From IMG/VR virus record IMGVR_UViG_3300020395_000009, positions 1 through 58,379 of that record: 58,379 bases of DNA; one strand, 5' to 3'. Below the pieces are notes generated by a model that was not told the origin of the DNA, searched no databases, and saw nothing but the letters and a program-made list of their open reading frames with translations. The stretch is from a virus (Duplodnaviria > Caudoviricetes). This document shows positions 55,042 to 58,379 of this stretch, piece after piece; position 1 is the stretch's first letter; each line of letters starts with the position of its first letter. The translations under genes and the position numbers were made by a program.

Positions 55042-57596
55042 TGTCACCACTTCTGAATAGAGCCAACATAAGTTCTACCTATGGATCAAAAGTTGCTGCA
55101 CTAAGGAGACAAGCTAATGCTTCTTCTGGTGGTGGTAGTATTCCTGATGGTGAGGCAATATTTTTCACGCCAGGTAATGGTATTGCGTGGGTATGTCCTG
55201 CTGGTGTAACTGCAGCTAGAGTTGTTTGTGTTGGCGGTGGCGGTGGTGCTGGTAATAATGGTGGTGGAGGAGGCGGTGGTGCTGTAATGAAATATTATAC
55301 CAATTTAGTACCAGGAACGACTTATACTTTAGATGTAGGTACTGCTGGAGATGAGAATCGGAATAGTGGTGGTTTAGATGGCACAGAGAGTAAATTTTAT
55401 GGACCTAATGGTCAAACAATAGAAGCAACAGGTGGACAAGGTGGTGCTTCTAGTTCAGCTCAAGGTAATACAGCTAATGGTGGACAAGGAATTGGTGGAG
55501 ATATAAACGGTACTGGAGGAAAAGGATATCCTTCTGCAAATGATCCTATGGGTGGATGGGGTTGGCCTTTTGTACCATCAGATGATGCATGTGGATCAAA
55601 CGGTGGTGCTGGTGGAGGTGGATATGGTGCAGATAATGGATGGGCTGGACATGGTGGATCGGGAAGTATGTACGCTGGTGGAGGCGGTGGTGGAGGATCA
55701 GATAATGAATGTGGTGGTGATGGTGGACCTGGAGGAGAATTAGCAATAGGTGGTTATACACAAAGAGCCATGGGAGGTGGTGGTGGAGGTACTGATGGTA
55801 CTCATCTTTCATCTGATACTCGTGATGGATCTGGTGGTGGAACATTAGGTGGTTATGGTGGAGTCTATGGTGGTAATACTGGAGAAAACAAAGATAGTGC
55901 TGTAGGTGGTTCTGGTGGTAATTATGGTGGAACAAATGGTGGAATAGGTGGTACAGGATCAGGTCAACAAGGTGGTGGAGGAGGTGGTGGTTCCTTTGGT
56001 GGTGGAGGAGCTGCTGGAAGATATAATAGTAATGGAATTGGTGGAGGTGGTGGTGCTGGATTAGTTTATATAAAACACGGAAAAGATTTTGATGGTACAG
56101 ATGTAGGTGCTCATTACCCAGTAGCAACTACATTTAATGGAAGATTTGAGAAGATATATCATACTTGCAACTTTACAGATAATGGTACTTCACAGGTAAG
56201 AGCACCTTATGGAATACGTGCAGGTGACTTATTGATTATTATGGAATATGGTCCTGATGTTACTTCTAGTATCACTGGTAATATTCCTACTGGATTTACT
56301 CTTTGTACTCAAAGTTCTGAACATGCTGCTGTTGACCAGAGATTGTTTTATAGGGTAGCAGATGGTACTGAGGGTGGTAATAACTATTATGGTCAGGTAG
56401 GATCTAATGAGGATACACATTTGTATGTGTTTAGAGGTCCAGTTCCTCTTAGTAATGTTAGTGAGCAGCAAGCAACATATAGTGATAATCAAACGGGTAG
56501 TGGTTGTGCATTAAGTATGACACTAAATCAACCATCTGCACCATATAGTCCTTATGTTTTCTCAGTTTGGACTGCTGGAACTAGAGGTTCTAATAACATG
56601 TATATTAGTGGAACAAACCCTGCTTCAACTTCAATAGGTGAGGGTGGTGGAAATGGATGGTATCATAATCCTAGTCTTAGGGGTAAGGGTGGTAATGAAG
56701 CTGAGTGTTTCTCATGGAGACTTGATGATACTTCTGGTGGATCAGTAAATAGGGACGTTGCTTGGACTTATGGATCTACTTCCAGAAATACTAGTTTAGC
56801 AATGGCATTAAATCTTGATTTTACACCACCACCAGCTGGACAAGCAGTATTAAATTCTGCAGGAAATGCAACTACATGGACATGTCCTGCAGGTGTACAT
56901 AGAGTTTCTGTTGTTTGTATTGGTGCTGGAGGTGGATGGACTGATGCTACAGGAGATACAACAATTACTTTTGGTAGTGTAACTCTTACTGCTGGTGGTG
57001 GTTATTCTCGGAATACTAATTCTGCTGCTGGTGGGTCAGCTAGTGGTGGTGATCAAAACTGGAGTGGTGGTGATGGAGCTTCATCTTCTTATGGAGCAGG
57101 TGGTGGAAGTGCTGCAGGATATAGTGGTCCTGGTCAACCTGGAGGTGGTGGAGGAACTCTGTGGGGTGCAAGTAATAGTCAATATACAACTGGTAGTGGA
57201 TCTGGTGCTGGAGGTGGATCATATACTGGTAATCCTCCAAATGGTGATAGTCAGGGACAACCAAGAGGTGGTGGTGGAGTAGGAATGTATGGTAAAGGTG
57301 CTGATGCAACCTTCTGGGGAAAAGGTGGATCTGGTGGTCAAGATTCTCAAAGTCATAATGGTGCAGATTATGGTGGTGGAGGAGGTGTTACGAACCAAAC
57401 TGGAACACGATCAGGCGGTGGTGGAGCATTATGTTGGAAGAATAGCATTCCAGTAACACCTGGCACAACTTATAATGCTTACGTTGGTGGCGGTGGGAAT
57501 GGAGGCACTGACATTGGTGCTGGTGGAGCTGGGCAAATAAGAATTATTTGGGGTTATAATAGAACTTTCCCGAATAATAACACTGCTGATGTATAG
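55041..57596 (+). CDS. Gly-rich putative adhesin with two polyglycine domains
   Basis: FTPG..AWVCPAGVTAARVVCVGGGGG and TTWTCPAGVHRVSVVCIGAGGG...GQIRIIWG; central GIRAGDLLII domain; TAATG coupling. Confidence 0.75.
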   Translation: MSPLLNRANISSTYGSKVAALRRQANASSGGGSIPDGEAIFFTPGNGIAWVCPAGVTAARVVCVGGGGGAGNNGGGGGGGAVMKYYTNLVPGTTYTLDVGTAGDENRNSGGLDGTESKFYGPNGQTIEATGGQGGASSSAQGNTANGGQGIGGDINGTGGKGYPSANDPMGGWGWPFVPSDDACGSNGGAGGGGYGADNGWAGHGGSGSMYAGGGGGGGSDNECGGDGGPGGELAIGGYTQRAMGGGGGGTDGTHLSSDTRDGSGGGTLGGYGGVYGGNTGENKDSAVGGSGGNYGGTNGGIGGTGSGQQGGGGGGGSFGGGGAAGRYNSNGIGGGGGAGLVYIKHGKDFDGTDVGAHYPVATTFNGRFEKIYHTCNFTDNGTSQVRAPYGIRAGDLLIIMEYGPDVTSSITGNIPTGFTLCTQSSEHAAVDQRLFYRVADGTEGGNNYYGQVGSNEDTHLYVFRGPVPLSNVSEQQATYSDNQTGSGCALSMTLNQPSAPYSPYVFSVWTAGTRGSNNMYISGTNPASTSIGEGGGNGWYHNPSLRGKGGNEAECFSWRLDDTSGGSVNRDVAWTYGSTSRNTSLAMALNLDFTPPPAGQAVLNSAGNATTWTCPAGVHRVSVVCIGAGGGWTDATGDTTITFGSVTLTAGGGYSRNTNSAAGGSASGGDQNWSGGDGASSSYGAGGGSAAGYSGPGQPGGGGGTLWGASNSQYTTGSGSGAGGGSYTGNPPNGDSQGQPRGGGGVGMYGKGADATFWGKGGSGGQDSQSHNGADYGGGGGVTNQTGTRSGGGGALCWKNSIPVTPGTTYNAYVGGGGNGGTDIGAGGAGQIRIIWGYNRTFPNNNTADV

Positions 57597-57607
57597 TTGT
57601 TAACAAC

Positions 57608-57623
57608 ATAAATACCTAAAAAG
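57608..57623 (+). promoter_or_regulatory. Late promoter ATAAATACCTAAAAAG
   Basis: One mismatch to the 48342 and 54247 copies; upstream of ATG 57633. Confidence 0.75.
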
Positions 57624-57632
57624 TAATAAAAA

Positions 57633-58379
57633 ATGTCATCTCTAAATGTTGATACCATAAAGAATAGAACTGGAACGGCAGGTCCGACAATTGCTGGTGA
57701 TACTCAGATATCTGGTGGTGGTCTAACTCTTAGTGGTACTATAATCGCACAGGCTGGTATCGTAACGAATCTACAGGTTAATGGTAGACTCTCAGTTGCT
57801 GGTACGATGACCACAATTGATACAGAAGAATTAAATATAAAGGATAAATTAGTTGGTATTGGTTCTACAGCAACACCTACAGATGCATTAGCAGATGGTT
57901 CTGGTATTCAGATTTTTGGAACAACAGATAAGAAATTAACATATAATAATACAAAGGGAGCATTTGAGTTTAATATCCCTCTTAATACTGGTATTATAAC
58001 TGCGACTACATTTACTGGTACTACTGTAAATGCAGATACATTAAATCCAACAGATACTAGATTAAAAAATGTTGCAGAGAAAGTTACTAGAGTTGGTGGT
58101 AATACTGTTACCTTAAACTATGATACTTCAACATCTAATATTGGATTTACAACCAATCCTACAGGAGATATTACATTAGAGATTAACAATATTCCTACTA
58201 CTAGTGACTTTGATGATCACACATTGACATTTAGTGTGTTTGTTCAACAGACGGGAATAGCACAAACATGTAATGTCGTTAAGTTGAATGGTGTTACTAA
58301 ATCTATTCGTTGGAATGGTGGTACTGTTGGTGCATCATCTACAGAAGCATATGATATTTTTAACTTTGTTGGAATCAAT
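57633..58379 (+). CDS. Short tail-fibre adaptor protein, copy 3 (partial, runs off the window end)
   Basis: Open frame from ATG 57633: MSSLNVDTIKNRTGTAGPT...IKDKLVGIGSTATPTDALADGSGI...GDITLEINNIP..DFDDH...IRWNGG...YDIFNFVGIN. Paralogue of 54271..55041; absent from the ORF track because there is no stop. Confidence 0.8.
   Translation, partial: MSSLNVDTIKNRTGTAGPTIAGDTQISGGGLTLSGTIIAQAGIVTNLQVNGRLSVAGTMTTIDTEELNIKDKLVGIGSTATPTDALADGSGIQIFGTTDKKLTYNNTKGAFEFNIPLNTGIITATTFTGTTVNADTLNPTDTRLKNVAEKVTRVGGNTVTLNYDTSTSNIGFTTNPTGDITLEINNIPTTSDFDDHTLTFSVFVQQTGIAQTCNVVKLNGVTKSIRWNGGTVGASSTEAYDIFNFVGIN

Noticed and set aside
55546-57309. His-rich minus-strand ORFs (also Pro/His-rich ones at 32557-33861 and 51758-52028)
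   Set aside because: Antisense readings of GGT/GGA polyglycine tracts.
32222-57590. Diversity-generating retroelement TR/VR pair from the duplicated Gly-rich module
   Set aside because: Both copies are coding, differences include indels and are not adenine-specific, and no reverse transcriptase is in the window.
1-58379. tRNA, rRNA, introns or inteins
   Set aside because: Intergenic gaps are nearly all under 90 nt with no cloverleaf motifs; core genes look uninterrupted and no intein motifs were recognised.

Overview
AT-rich segment of a T4-like marine cyanophage (Kyanoviridae-type myovirus; gp33/gp59/gp32, DUF1825-type ORF and CP12 suggest a Prochlorococcus/Synechococcus host). Order: end of a replication block (exonuclease end, gp33, gp59, gp32); a minus-strand baseplate/head-completion block (gp53, gp48, gp2-like, gp4); a plus-strand late block (tail-tube-like, gp26, gp51, two tape-measure-like paralogues, hub, CP12, gp5, giant PA14-like and baseplate proteins); then a tail-fibre/adhesin region. 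That region contains two very Cys-rich proteins and a tightly coupled ~7.6 kb ADP-heptose/glycosyltransferase/carbamoyltransferase cluster. Highlights: (1) a candidate phage-encoded system for heptose-based glycosylation of virion proteins, with a recurrent G-[IVL]-x-T motif as possible acceptor; (2) a T TTT TTC -1 frameshift site that would fuse gp26 to gp51 just upstream of the tape-measure-like genes, as in lambda G/GT; (3) repeated fibre-adaptor plus Gly-rich adhesin cassettes with nested plug-in domains. All assignments come from motif recognition by eye; no database searches were run.
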